64,000 nt of DNA from assembly GCA_022825005.1 (NCBI GenBank), contig JAJDYU010000016.1, positions 4,604 through 68,603 on the forward strand, read 5' to 3'. The notes under the pieces are model-generated. The model ran no database searches, was not told the origin of the DNA, and was given only the letters and a program-made list of their open reading frames with translations. The first letter of the stretch is position 1, and each line of letters begins with the position of its first letter. This DNA comes from Acidimicrobiia bacterium. Its GTDB lineage: Bacteria; Actinomycetota; Acidimicrobiia; Acidimicrobiales; Bin134. Below are positions 51,714 through 60,419 of the stretch, piece by piece. Position numbers and translations under genes: made by a program.

Positions 51714-52640
51714 ATGGTGGGACCGTTGCGTTTTTTTCATGTGAATGTGAATTGCTCTGATCTGGAGCGGTCGCTGGGGTTTTATCGGGATCTGGTGGGG
51801 TTGCGGACGACGGTTCGGACTCGGCCTGAGCGGCCTCAGCCGGGTGGGGCGTTCGGGTTGGACGAGGTGCAGTGGGACGCCTGGATCATGGCCGGTGACG
51901 ACGCCCTCGATGGGGTGGTGCTGGATCTGTTGGAGTGGCAGGTGCCTGGGCCGGCAGGGTCGCCGCCAAGCTCGGTCACTGAGTTGGGCTTCGGCCGGCT
52001 ATGCATTCTCACCGACGACTTGGCTGGCTTGCACCGACGACTCACCGAGGCCGGGCACGATGTTTGGTCGCCGCCGGGTCGGGTGAACCTCGGGGCGGAG
52101 GGGATGGCCGCACCGGAGCTGTTCCTGTGCTCCGACCCCGACGGTACCGCGGTGCAGTTCGTCCAGGCCGACAGCACCCGGCTGGCCCACGTCAACGTCA
52201 ATTGCTCTGACTTGGAGCGGTCCCGCCACTTCTATTGCGACGTGCTCAGGCTGAACGCTCGGATTCGCTCATGTCCTTCGGAAGCACAGCCCGGCTCGGG
52301 GTTCCGGGTGAACGGCGATGTGGCATGGGACGCCTGCTTCATCGGCGCCCCCAACGCCAGCCCTTCTGGGTTCATTCTTGACCTGGTGGAGTGGAAACAG
52401 CCCCGACCCTCCGGCTCTGCTCGACGGCAGGCCAACGAGTTGGGCATATTCCGTATGGCCCTGCTCACCGATGACATCGACCGGGACTATGCCGCACTAA
52501 TCGACGCCGGGGTGACCTGCTACTCCCCGCCGGTGGAGCTGGAGATGGGCCCAGGGCTGCCGGCCGACCTCCGGGCGCTGTTCTTTGAGGACCCCGACGG
52601 CACTTGTGTTGAGCTGATCGAGAGCCCGCCGGTCGACTAG
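51714..52640 (+). CDS. VOC family protein with two tandem VOC modules
   Basis: FHVNVNCSDLERSLGFYRDLVGL and AHVNVNCSDLERSRHFYCDVLRL lie 150 aa apart. Each module ends in ...DPDGT.V(Q/E)(F/L). Confidence 0.75.
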   Translation: MVGPLRFFHVNVNCSDLERSLGFYRDLVGLRTTVRTRPERPQPGGAFGLDEVQWDAWIMAGDDALDGVVLDLLEWQVPGPAGSPPSSVTELGFGRLCILTDDLAGLHRRLTEAGHDVWSPPGRVNLGAEGMAAPELFLCSDPDGTAVQFVQADSTRLAHVNVNCSDLERSRHFYCDVLRLNARIRSCPSEAQPGSGFRVNGDVAWDACFIGAPNASPSGFILDLVEWKQPRPSGSARRQANELGIFRMALLTDDIDRDYAALIDAGVTCYSPPVELEMGPGLPADLRALFFEDPDGTCVELIESPPVD

Positions 52641-52649
52641 CCACGGTCG

Positions 52650-53471
52650 TCAATCAGGCGGGCAGACCCCGATCACCTCTCCGTTCACCCAGGCCCAGAA
52701 GCCGTCGGGCTGGACGGCCCATTTTCGGAAAGCGTTGGAGATTTCCTGTAGTTCATCGCGGGTGGCGAATCCGTTGTTGACGGCGTGTTCGGCGAAATCG
52801 CTTTCGATTGCCCGCACCGCCCACATCTCGCCCCACACAGTTCGACCCTCGTGGTCGGTGTGGGCGGTGGTGGTGGCAGTGGCGTCGATATCGGTGAAAC
52901 CAGCTTCTATTGTCCACGACAGCAGATAGCGACCGGCGTCGGCCTCACCGCCGTTGGCGGTCGCAACCTGGTGGTAGAGGTCCCGCCAGCGCTCGATGGC
53001 TGGGAACACGGGAGCGTGGATCATGGTGGCATAGTCGGAGTCGCGTACAGCCACCAGCCCGCCGGGCCGCAGTATTCGCCGGGCCTCCCGCAAGGCCCGG
53101 ACCGGATCGGAAAGGTGCTGGAGCACTTGGTGGGCGTACACCACGTCGAAGCTGGCGTCCTCCCACGGCAGTTCGTAGACCGAGCCGACTTCAAAGGACA
53201 CATTGGACAGGCCGCAGTCGTCGGCATGGCCACGGGCCGCGTCCACTACTTCAGCCGACAGGTCTAGGCCCACCACCCGGCCCGCGCGGCGAGCCAAGCC
53301 AGCGGTGATGGTGCCCGAGCCGCAACCGATGTCGAGCACCTCGGCATCGGGCCGCAGTCGAGGCAACAAGAAGGCCGCGCAAGTCTCGGCCGTGCGCCGG
53401 GAGTGCCATCCCACGATTACCTGGTGGTAACCGTGGGTGTAAGTCTCGCCCTCGGGCTGTTGTTCAGCCAA
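52650..53471 (-). CDS. class I SAM-dependent methyltransferase
   Basis: VLDIGCGSGTIT (motif I), VVGLDLS and FDVVYAHQVLQHL. The TTG start overlaps the P450 stop by 8 nt. Confidence 0.8.
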   Translation of the reverse strand: MAEQQPEGETYTHGYHQVIVGWHSRRTAETCAAFLLPRLRPDAEVLDIGCGSGTITAGLARRAGRVVGLDLSAEVVDAARGHADDCGLSNVSFEVGSVYELPWEDASFDVVYAHQVLQHLSDPVRALREARRILRPGGLVAVRDSDYATMIHAPVFPAIERWRDLYHQVATANGGEADAGRYLLSWTIEAGFTDIDATATTTAHTDHEGRTVWGEMWAVRAIESDFAEHAVNNGFATRDELQEISNAFRKWAVQPDGFWAWVNGEVIGVCPPD

Positions 53472-54717
53472 CGGGTTCGGGAGTCAAGAACGCGTCGAGG
53501 CGGTCGGGTCCGTTGGCCCAGAACACCGGGGTCTTCTTGCGGACGCAGCCGGGGGCCAGCTCGGCAGCGGCCACTCGGTCCAAGAACACCTCCAGCGCCA
53601 CACGGCCTTCCAGGCGGGCCAGGCTGGCGCCGGGGCAGATGTGGGGGCCGCCGCCGAAGGCGATGTGGTCTTTGGGGCGGTCCCGGTCGAGGCGGAACTC
53701 GTCGGGGTGGTCGAAGTAGTCCTCGTCCCGGTTGGCCGACGACACCCCGAACACAATCTTGTCTCCGCTGCGCATCGGAGCGCCGAACACATCGGTATCC
53801 GCAGTGCAGTCCCGAATGAGCATGTGGGCGGGGGAGTCGATCCGCAGCGATTCCTCCACCGCCCGCTCAGAGAGGCTCCGGTCGGCCTTGAGGGTGGCGA
53901 ACAGATCGGGGTCGCCGATGATGCGCCAAAGCAGGTTGCCGATCAGGTGCCGAGTGGTCTCGTTGCCCGACATGATGAGGAATGCCAGCTGGGTGCGTAT
54001 CTCCACATCGGTGAGGCGATGGCCCTCGATCTCGGTAGTGATGAGCCGGGTGACCAGGTCGTCGGGGGCCTCGTCGCTGGCCCGCCGCTCGGCGATCAGG
54101 GCGTCGATGTAAGCGCAGAACTCGGGATGGGCGCCGGCCAGGCCCTCGCCCCGCTCGTTGCGGTTGGTGCGGGGGTAGTCGCCCAGCACCACCTCGTCGG
54201 TCCAGGCGTGGAACTGCTCCCAGTCCTCGGCGGGCACCCCGATGAGGTGGGAGATCACGTTAATGGGCACCGGGGTGATGAACTCAGCCACCAGCTCGCC
54301 GTGGCCCCGCTCCAAGATCGGGTCTAGATATTCGTGGCACAACTCCCGCACGAACGGCTCGGCTCGCATCGACTTGTGATGGGCCACGGTGGCGTTGATG
54401 ATGCGGCGCACCTTGCCGTGTCGGGGCTCGGGGATCTCGCTGATGAGCTTCTCCTCCTCGGGAACCACCACGCCGGGGTCGCGGAAGCTGGACACGAAGG
54501 TCTCCACGTCCCTGGTGGCCTCCAACACATGGTCAAACTTGGTGAGGTACCAGCCGGTGGGGGTCCGAACCACCGGGCACTCCGACCGCAGCTCGGCCAG
54601 CGTATCTATGGGCACCTCCTCGGGATAGGCGAACGGGTCGAACGCCGAGTCCTCGTCGGAGGGGGTGAGCGGATCAGACGTCAAGCTCATGGGCCTAATG
54701 GTGCCACGTCTTGCCAA
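53464..54717 (-). CDS. cytochrome P450
   Basis: Heme loop FGGGPHICPGASLA, ESLR (ExxR) and SGNETT I-helix. Confidence 0.9.
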   Translation of the reverse strand: MARRGTIRPMSLTSDPLTPSDEDSAFDPFAYPEEVPIDTLAELRSECPVVRTPTGWYLTKFDHVLEATRDVETFVSSFRDPGVVVPEEEKLISEIPEPRHGKVRRIINATVAHHKSMRAEPFVRELCHEYLDPILERGHGELVAEFITPVPINVISHLIGVPAEDWEQFHAWTDEVVLGDYPRTNRNERGEGLAGAHPEFCAYIDALIAERRASDEAPDDLVTRLITTEIEGHRLTDVEIRTQLAFLIMSGNETTRHLIGNLLWRIIGDPDLFATLKADRSLSERAVEESLRIDSPAHMLIRDCTADTDVFGAPMRSGDKIVFGVSSANRDEDYFDHPDEFRLDRDRPKDHIAFGGGPHICPGASLARLEGRVALEVFLDRVAAAELAPGCVRKKTPVFWANGPDRLDAFLTPEPVG

Positions 54718-54732
54718 ATCTTGCGGCTTCGC

Positions 54733-55413
54733 TCACGAGGCCGAGAAGACGGCGATACGGGACCACTGGTTGGGATCTGCCTCGTCAGCGTCGCCATAGA
54801 TTGGCCGCAACTCGAAGTGCGGCTCTGAGATGTGTCCGTCCAACTGGCGCTGTCCCAGCCAGTCGGCAAAGCCGAACTCCTCGAAGTGGGCAGAGTTGAT
54901 CCCGAGCGCGAAACGAGCACCGGGGCTGGCCGCCCGGAGCAGTTTCAAAATCGTCTCCGGACCGAAGATCCCATGGGTGAATGCTCCTGAGCTCACGATG
55001 CCGGCGTAGGCGCCAACGGCCAATTCGGTCTGACCAGTGAGGTCGGCTTCAATGAGTTGCCGGTACACCGGGCGGCCGTTGCACGTCTTGGCCGCGGCTT
55101 CGGCCAGCATTTCCGGCGAGATGTCGATGCCGTCGATGACGGACACGCCCAATTTGGCCAACTCGCCCCCGACGACTCCGGTTCCACAGCCCACATCCAG
55201 CACAGGCTGGCCCGGGTCTGAGAATCCATCGCAGAAAACCTTGACCACCTCTTGGTGGTAGACGTATCCGCTGTCGACGACGAAGCCCGACTCGTATGTC
55301 GTAGCCCAAGATGCGTACAGCTCGCGATTGGCCTCCGGACCCTTGGCCGCATAGGCCTTTTCCAGCGCGAGTTCCGTGGCCCTAGATCGTGGCCGTGTTT
55401 GCTCCGTCATCAC
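54733..55413 (-). CDS. class I SAM-dependent methyltransferase
   Basis: YASWATTYE, VLDVGCGTGVVG (motif I) and IDGIDISPEML. Confidence 0.8.
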   Translation of the reverse strand: MMTEQTRPRSRATELALEKAYAAKGPEANRELYASWATTYESGFVVDSGYVYHQEVVKVFCDGFSDPGQPVLDVGCGTGVVGGELAKLGVSVIDGIDISPEMLAEAAAKTCNGRPVYRQLIEADLTGQTELAVGAYAGIVSSGAFTHGIFGPETILKLLRAASPGARFALGINSAHFEEFGFADWLGQRQLDGHISEPHFELRPIYGDADEADPNQWSRIAVFSAS

Positions 55414-55471
55414 CCCTCACGGTAGTGACCACCACGGTTGGAGCCCCCATCTCCCGGTAGTGTGCCCGGCG

Positions 55472-56953
55472 ATGGAGTTGGTGATCGGCTCGGTGTTCGA
55501 CAATGCGGCCGCGACCGTGCCGCGTCGCCCGGCAGCGGCGCTGGGCGGGCAAGTGCTCACCTACGGGGAGTTGGGCCGGCAGGCCAATCAGATGAGCCAT
55601 GTGCTGGCCGGACTCGGGGTGAGTCGGGGCGACCGGGTGGTCACCTGGAGCGACAACAACCTGGCGTCGGTGTCTCTGTTTGTAGCTCTGGCCCGGTCGG
55701 GGGCGGTGTTCGCTCCGGCAAACGCCCGGCTGTCGCCCGAGGAGGCGGCCGAAATGGTGGGCCTGGCCCGACCTCGGCTGCTGGTGGTCGACCCTGGACA
55801 TGCCGAGGCTGGGCAGACAGTTGCTGACGAGGTGGGGGTGCCACTGGTGCGGTTGGGAGGCACCGGTCCGGGGCTCGATCTCGTGACTGAGGCCCAGTCG
55901 GCATCGGATGCTGCACCAGCGCCATCGGGGGTGGGAGAGCGCGATCCCCATGTGGTGTTCTTCACCAGCGGCAGCACCGGGAAGTCCAAGGGCGTGGTGC
56001 TGTCGCACCGGTGTAACTGGCTGCGCACTCGCACTCCGGCGCTGCTCGAGCCAAGGGGGGCCACGGTGTGCATGTTCCCGATGTTCCACATGGGGGCGTG
56101 GACCATCGCCCTTCAGGCTTGGCAGGCCCGGGGGCTGGTGGTGTTCACCGATCGGGCCGACGCCGATGTGTTGATCGATGCGGTTCAGCACCACCAAGCG
56201 GCCTACATGAACTGCATCCCGGCGGTGTGGCGCCGGGTGTTGGAAGCCGGTCGCCATGCCGACTTGGCCTCGCTGCGGTTCGCCACTTCGGGCACCTCGG
56301 CCACGCCACCCGAGCTGCTGGCCGACCTGAAGGCCGCCTTCCCCAACGCCCATCGAAGGGTGTTCTACGGGTCCACTGAAGCCGGCTCGGTCACCATGCT
56401 GGACGATCCCGACATGGAATCCCGACCGGGAAGCTGCGGTCAGGCCCACACTGGGGCTGAGGTGCGCCTTGACCGCGGCGAGCTCCAGACCCGTTCCCCA
56501 TTCATGTTCGACGGCTACTTCGACAATCCCGAGGCCACCGCCGAGGCTTTCACCGAAGACGGCTGGTTCCGCACCGGAGATCTGGCCGAGGTGGACGGCG
56601 ACGGCTTCTACTCCATCGTCGGCCGAGTCAAAGATGTGATCCGCACCGGTGGGGAGACGGTGTCGCCCGCTGAGGTCGAGGGCCATCTGGCTGATTTCCC
56701 CGGTGCTGCCGAAGTGGCGGTGGTGGGCATTCCCGACGACCGCTGGGGCGAAGTGGTGTGTGCCGTGTTCGTGCTCGCACCGGGCGTTGCCCTGCCCACT
56801 CCCGATGCAGTGCAAGCCCATTTGAGCGATCGCTTAGCCCGGTTCAAACACCCCCGCCGAATCGAAGCCATGGATGCCATCCCCCGCACTCCCGCCACCG
56901 GCCAAGTCCGCCGCCGCGAGGTGGTGGCGGCAGTGTTGTCAACCGACGGCTAG
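55472..56953 (+). CDS. AMP-dependent acyl-CoA ligase
   Basis: The internal ATG 55472 fits the domain. FFTSGSTGKSKGV (A3), YGSTEAG (A5), TGDLAEVDGDGFYSIVGR (A8) and PRTPATGQVRR (A10). Confidence 0.85.
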   Translation: MELVIGSVFDNAAATVPRRPAAALGGQVLTYGELGRQANQMSHVLAGLGVSRGDRVVTWSDNNLASVSLFVALARSGAVFAPANARLSPEEAAEMVGLARPRLLVVDPGHAEAGQTVADEVGVPLVRLGGTGPGLDLVTEAQSASDAAPAPSGVGERDPHVVFFTSGSTGKSKGVVLSHRCNWLRTRTPALLEPRGATVCMFPMFHMGAWTIALQAWQARGLVVFTDRADADVLIDAVQHHQAAYMNCIPAVWRRVLEAGRHADLASLRFATSGTSATPPELLADLKAAFPNAHRRVFYGSTEAGSVTMLDDPDMESRPGSCGQAHTGAEVRLDRGELQTRSPFMFDGYFDNPEATAEAFTEDGWFRTGDLAEVDGDGFYSIVGRVKDVIRTGGETVSPAEVEGHLADFPGAAEVAVVGIPDDRWGEVVCAVFVLAPGVALPTPDAVQAHLSDRLARFKHPRRIEAMDAIPRTPATGQVRRREVVAAVLSTDG

Positions 56954-57876
56954 TACTCCTCGTCGGGGTTGACGATTCCCTCTAGGGGTTGGCCATCGAG
57001 GCGGCGCTGGAGGTTGTCAGCAAAAGGGGCCATCAGAAAGTCCCAAGATTCGGGCATGCACCAGGAAACATGGGCGCTGAGCCGGACCTGGGGGTGGTCA
57101 TACAGCCAGTGGCCCTCTGGCAGGGGCTCGGGCTCTACCGTGTCTAGCGATGCCCGGGCGATATGCCCGCGGTCGAGCGCGGCCCGTAGGGCGTCTTGGT
57201 CGATGAGGTCGCCCCGAGCGATGTTGATGATATGAGCACCCGGCTTGGCTTTGGACAGGGCGTCGGCATCCAAGAGGTGATGGGTGGCGGCAGTGGCCGG
57301 CGCGGCCACCACGATGTGGTCGGAGCGCTCCAGCAGCTCGTCCAACGACCCGGCGATTTCCACCCCTTCTAGGGGCGAAGGCACCGCAGTGCGTCGCAAA
57401 GCCAGTATCGACATATCGAAAGCCAGCGCCCGGCGGGCCACCGCGGTGCCGATACCGCCCAAACCGATGAGGCCAAGCGTCTTGCCATAGAGCGCCCCCA
57501 AGTCAGCAGTGAACCACCTTTCAGGTGGGCTTTTGAGCCACACGTTGGGCAGGTCCTTCTCGAAGGCCAGCATCATGGCCAGGCACCACTCGGAGATGCC
57601 GATGGACGAGGCTCCCCGTGAACAGGTCATCACCCGGTCACCCAGCAGCTCAAGGGGGAACCCATCGATCCCGGTGCTGGTCACATGCACCCACTCCACG
57701 CCCCGGTCCAGCAGTTCGGCCAAGTTTGGATAGCCCCGGGGGATGGTCAAAAGCACGTCGCCGGACGCCTCATCAGGGAAGTCGCCTTGGCGGGGCACGC
57801 ACACGAACTCCACGGTGTCGAATCGGGCGATGATCGGGTCGAGCCGCCCGTCTTCCATGTGGTGTAGCACTCGCAC
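56950..57876 (-). CDS. D-isomer-specific 2-hydroxyacid dehydrogenase family protein
   Basis: GKTLGLIGLGGIGTAVARR (NAD fold), INIARGDLID and the C-terminal HVSW. Only the last ~308 codons of track ORF 56950-59046 are accepted. The start (GTG 57876, GTG 57870 or ATG 57858) is uncertain. Confidence 0.75.
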   Translation of the reverse strand: MRVLHHMEDGRLDPIIARFDTVEFVCVPRQGDFPDEASGDVLLTIPRGYPNLAELLDRGVEWVHVTSTGIDGFPLELLGDRVMTCSRGASSIGISEWCLAMMLAFEKDLPNVWLKSPPERWFTADLGALYGKTLGLIGLGGIGTAVARRALAFDMSILALRRTAVPSPLEGVEIAGSLDELLERSDHIVVAAPATAATHHLLDADALSKAKPGAHIINIARGDLIDQDALRAALDRGHIARASLDTVEPEPLPEGHWLYDHPQVRLSAHVSWCMPESWDFLMAPFADNLQRRLDGQPLEGIVNPDEEY

Positions 57877-57948
57877 GGGCTGAAGCCTAGAGACTGTCGG
57901 CGCTTCCCGACTCGGTTGCCGCGGAATCCGACCGCATAAGGTCGGGCC

Positions 57949-59178
57949 GTGAAATCTGAGGCTTTGTCCCACATTCGCATCTGCGACTTCACCGGGCAAC
58001 TGGCCGGAGCAGGGGCCACTCGGTGGATGGCCGCCTTCGGGGCCGAGATCATCCGCATTGAAGATCCGGTTCGCCTGGGCAAATGGGATGTGCTCCGGGG
58101 AACGTCCCCGTTCGTAGACGACCGCCGGGGCCATGAGTTCGGCGGCTGCTTCAACAACCACAACGTGGAGAAGCTGGGGGTCACGCTCAACCTTCGCACC
58201 GAGCGGGGCAAGGAGCTGCTGGCCGAGATAATCGCAGTGAGCGACGCCGTTACCGAGAACTTCGCCGCCGGGGTGCTGGAGCGCCTGGGTTTCGGTTACG
58301 ACCGTCTGAAAGAGATCAAGCCCGACATCTTGTACGTGTCCAACTGCGGGTTCGGCCACATTGGGCCCTATCGCAAGTACAAGACGTGGGGGCCGATCGT
58401 GCAGGCCTGCTGCGGGCTCACCTTCACCTCCGGGCTTCCCGACATGCCCTCGGCCGGATGGGGGTATTCCTACATGGACCACCACGGCGGGAACTTCATG
58501 GCCATGGCCATCATGGCCGGGCTCATCCACCGCAGCCGCACCGGCGAAGGCCAGTGGATCGACATGTCGTGTACCGATGCCGGGGCCAACATGCTCGGCC
58601 CGGTGGCATTGGACTACACCGTGAACGGGCGACCGCTGCGGCGCGACGGCATGCCCTACTCCAACCGCAACCAGTTCCCGGCCATGGCGCCCCACGGCAT
58701 CTATGAGGCCGACGGGCACGACGCCTGGCTGGCCCTGGCAGCCCGGGACGATCGCGACTGGCAAGCCATCGCCGGGCTCATGGGCATCGACGACCAGCGG
58801 TTCGACGACCTGGCCGGGCGACTGGCCTATGAGGACGAGTTGGACGATGCCGTGCGGGCCTGGAGTTCGGGTCGGGATCGGTTCACGGCGGCCGCTGAAC
58901 TGCAAGCCGTCGGCGTGCCCGCTGCCGGAGTGGCCAAGCCGGAGGACCGAATCGACAACGACCCCAACACCGAGGCCTGGGGATTGTGGCCCACCGTCAC
59001 CCACGGCGAGATGGGCCGGGTTCGGGTCGACGGCATCCCCGCCCATTTCTCAGAGACCGACTGGGTGCTGGAGCGGGGAGGACCCCTGTTGGGCCAGCAC
59101 AACCGCCAGATACTCGGGGGCCTGCTCGGTCATTCCGACTCAGAGTTGACCGACCTGGCGGCCGAGGGGGTGATCTGA
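57949..59178 (+). CDS. family-III CoA-transferase subunit 1 (Asp nucleophile present)
   Basis: GTG start. IRICDFTGQLAGAGATRWMAAFGAEIIRIEDP, then YSYMDHHGGNFMAMAIMAGL (catalytic Asp position). Confidence 0.85.
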   Translation: MKSEALSHIRICDFTGQLAGAGATRWMAAFGAEIIRIEDPVRLGKWDVLRGTSPFVDDRRGHEFGGCFNNHNVEKLGVTLNLRTERGKELLAEIIAVSDAVTENFAAGVLERLGFGYDRLKEIKPDILYVSNCGFGHIGPYRKYKTWGPIVQACCGLTFTSGLPDMPSAGWGYSYMDHHGGNFMAMAIMAGLIHRSRTGEGQWIDMSCTDAGANMLGPVALDYTVNGRPLRRDGMPYSNRNQFPAMAPHGIYEADGHDAWLALAARDDRDWQAIAGLMGIDDQRFDDLAGRLAYEDELDDAVRAWSSGRDRFTAAAELQAVGVPAAGVAKPEDRIDNDPNTEAWGLWPTVTHGEMGRVRVDGIPAHFSETDWVLERGGPLLGQHNRQILGGLLGHSDSELTDLAAEGVI

Positions 59179-60419
59179 TGACGGGGAACGATCTGCCCGG
59201 CGCTCTGGCTGGAGTCCGGGTGGTGGAGCTGGCCGGAGAGGCCTCGGCCTATGCCGGGTTGCTGCTGGCCGGCATGGGAGCAGAGGTGATCGTGGTTGAG
59301 CCCCCCGATGGTCACCACACCCGGGGATTTGAGCCGTTTCTGCACGATGAGCCCGATCCCGAGCGCAGCCTGTGGTGGTGGCACTACAACGCCTCCAAGC
59401 TGGGCGTGACCCTGGATCTTGGGGATGAAGATGCTCAAGACCGGTTCCGCTCGCTGGTTGCCACCGCCGATGTGGTTCTGGAGTCGGAGCGCCCTGGCCG
59501 ATTGGCCGAGCTGGGCATCGACCATGACACGTTACGGGCCGACCATCCCGAGTTGATCTGGGTATCGCTCACGCCGTTCGGCCGCAGCGGACCGCGGTCT
59601 CAAGAGGAGAGCATCGACCTGACCGTGCTGGCCGCGGGCGGGCCGGTGTGGAGCTGCGGTTACGACGACCACGCCATTCCACCCCAGCGGGGCGGAGGCA
59701 ACCAGGGGTACCAAACCGGCTCTGTGTTCGCGGTGCTATCCGCCCAAACCGCGCTGTTGGCCCGAGACCACACCGGCCAAGGACAGTTCGTGGACGTCAA
59801 CATGCACGCCGCCGCAAACGTGACCACCGAGTTCGGCTCGGTGCAGTGGTTGGTGGCCGGCGACGAGGTGCAGCGCCAGACCGGGCGGCACGCGGCCATC
59901 GAGCCCACCACGTTCACCAGGGCACTGTCGGCGGACGGCATCGACGTGAACACCGGCTTCCCACCTCGCTCGGCCCGGGACTTTGCCGTGGTAGTGGAGT
60001 GGATGGAGAGCCTGGGGTTGAAAGACCAGTTTGAAGAGTTCTTCTTCTTGGAGATGGGCGCGCAGCTCGAAGAGGATCTGCATCTTTCGCAGGTGGGCCA
60101 GGATCCCGAGGTGACGGCCATGTTCGGCGCCGCCCGAGAGGCAGTCCGATTAATCTCCGAGAACATCACCGCCTACGAGTTCTTCATCGGCGCTCAAGAG
60201 CGGGGGCTGGCGGTGGGCATCATCTACTCGCCCGAAGAGGTGCTGGCCGACCCCCACTTCCAAGAGCGAGGCTTCCCCGTAGAAGTAGAGCACGAGGACT
60301 TGGGCCGGAGCTTCACCTATCTGGGAGCGCCATACATCGCTCCCAAGTCCCCCTACCGCATCCGACACCGCGCCCCCCACCTCGGCGAGCACAACTCCAT
60401 CATTGAGGCTCTGGCCTAG
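59178..60419 (+). CDS. family-III CoA-transferase subunit 2 (expected Asp apparently absent)
   Basis: The ATG overlaps the upstream stop (TGATG). VRVVELAGEASAYAGLLLAGMGAEVIVVEPPDGH. The equivalent nucleophile region reads RGGGNQGYQTGSVFAVLSA. Confidence 0.8.
   Translation: MTGNDLPGALAGVRVVELAGEASAYAGLLLAGMGAEVIVVEPPDGHHTRGFEPFLHDEPDPERSLWWWHYNASKLGVTLDLGDEDAQDRFRSLVATADVVLESERPGRLAELGIDHDTLRADHPELIWVSLTPFGRSGPRSQEESIDLTVLAAGGPVWSCGYDDHAIPPQRGGGNQGYQTGSVFAVLSAQTALLARDHTGQGQFVDVNMHAAANVTTEFGSVQWLVAGDEVQRQTGRHAAIEPTTFTRALSADGIDVNTGFPPRSARDFAVVVEWMESLGLKDQFEEFFFLEMGAQLEEDLHLSQVGQDPEVTAMFGAAREAVRLISENITAYEFFIGAQERGLAVGIIYSPEEVLADPHFQERGFPVEVEHEDLGRSFTYLGAPYIAPKSPYRIRHRAPHLGEHNSIIEALA

Noticed and set aside
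55382-56821. 479-aa minus-strand ORF.
   Set aside because: It is antisense to the acyl-CoA ligase, which has the full A3/A5/A8/A10 adenylation motifs.
57877-59046. N-terminal ~390 codons of track ORF 56950-59046 (-).
   Set aside because: It overlaps the well-supported + strand CoA-transferase gene and has no family features. Only the C-terminal 2-hydroxyacid-dehydrogenase part (56950-57876) is accepted.
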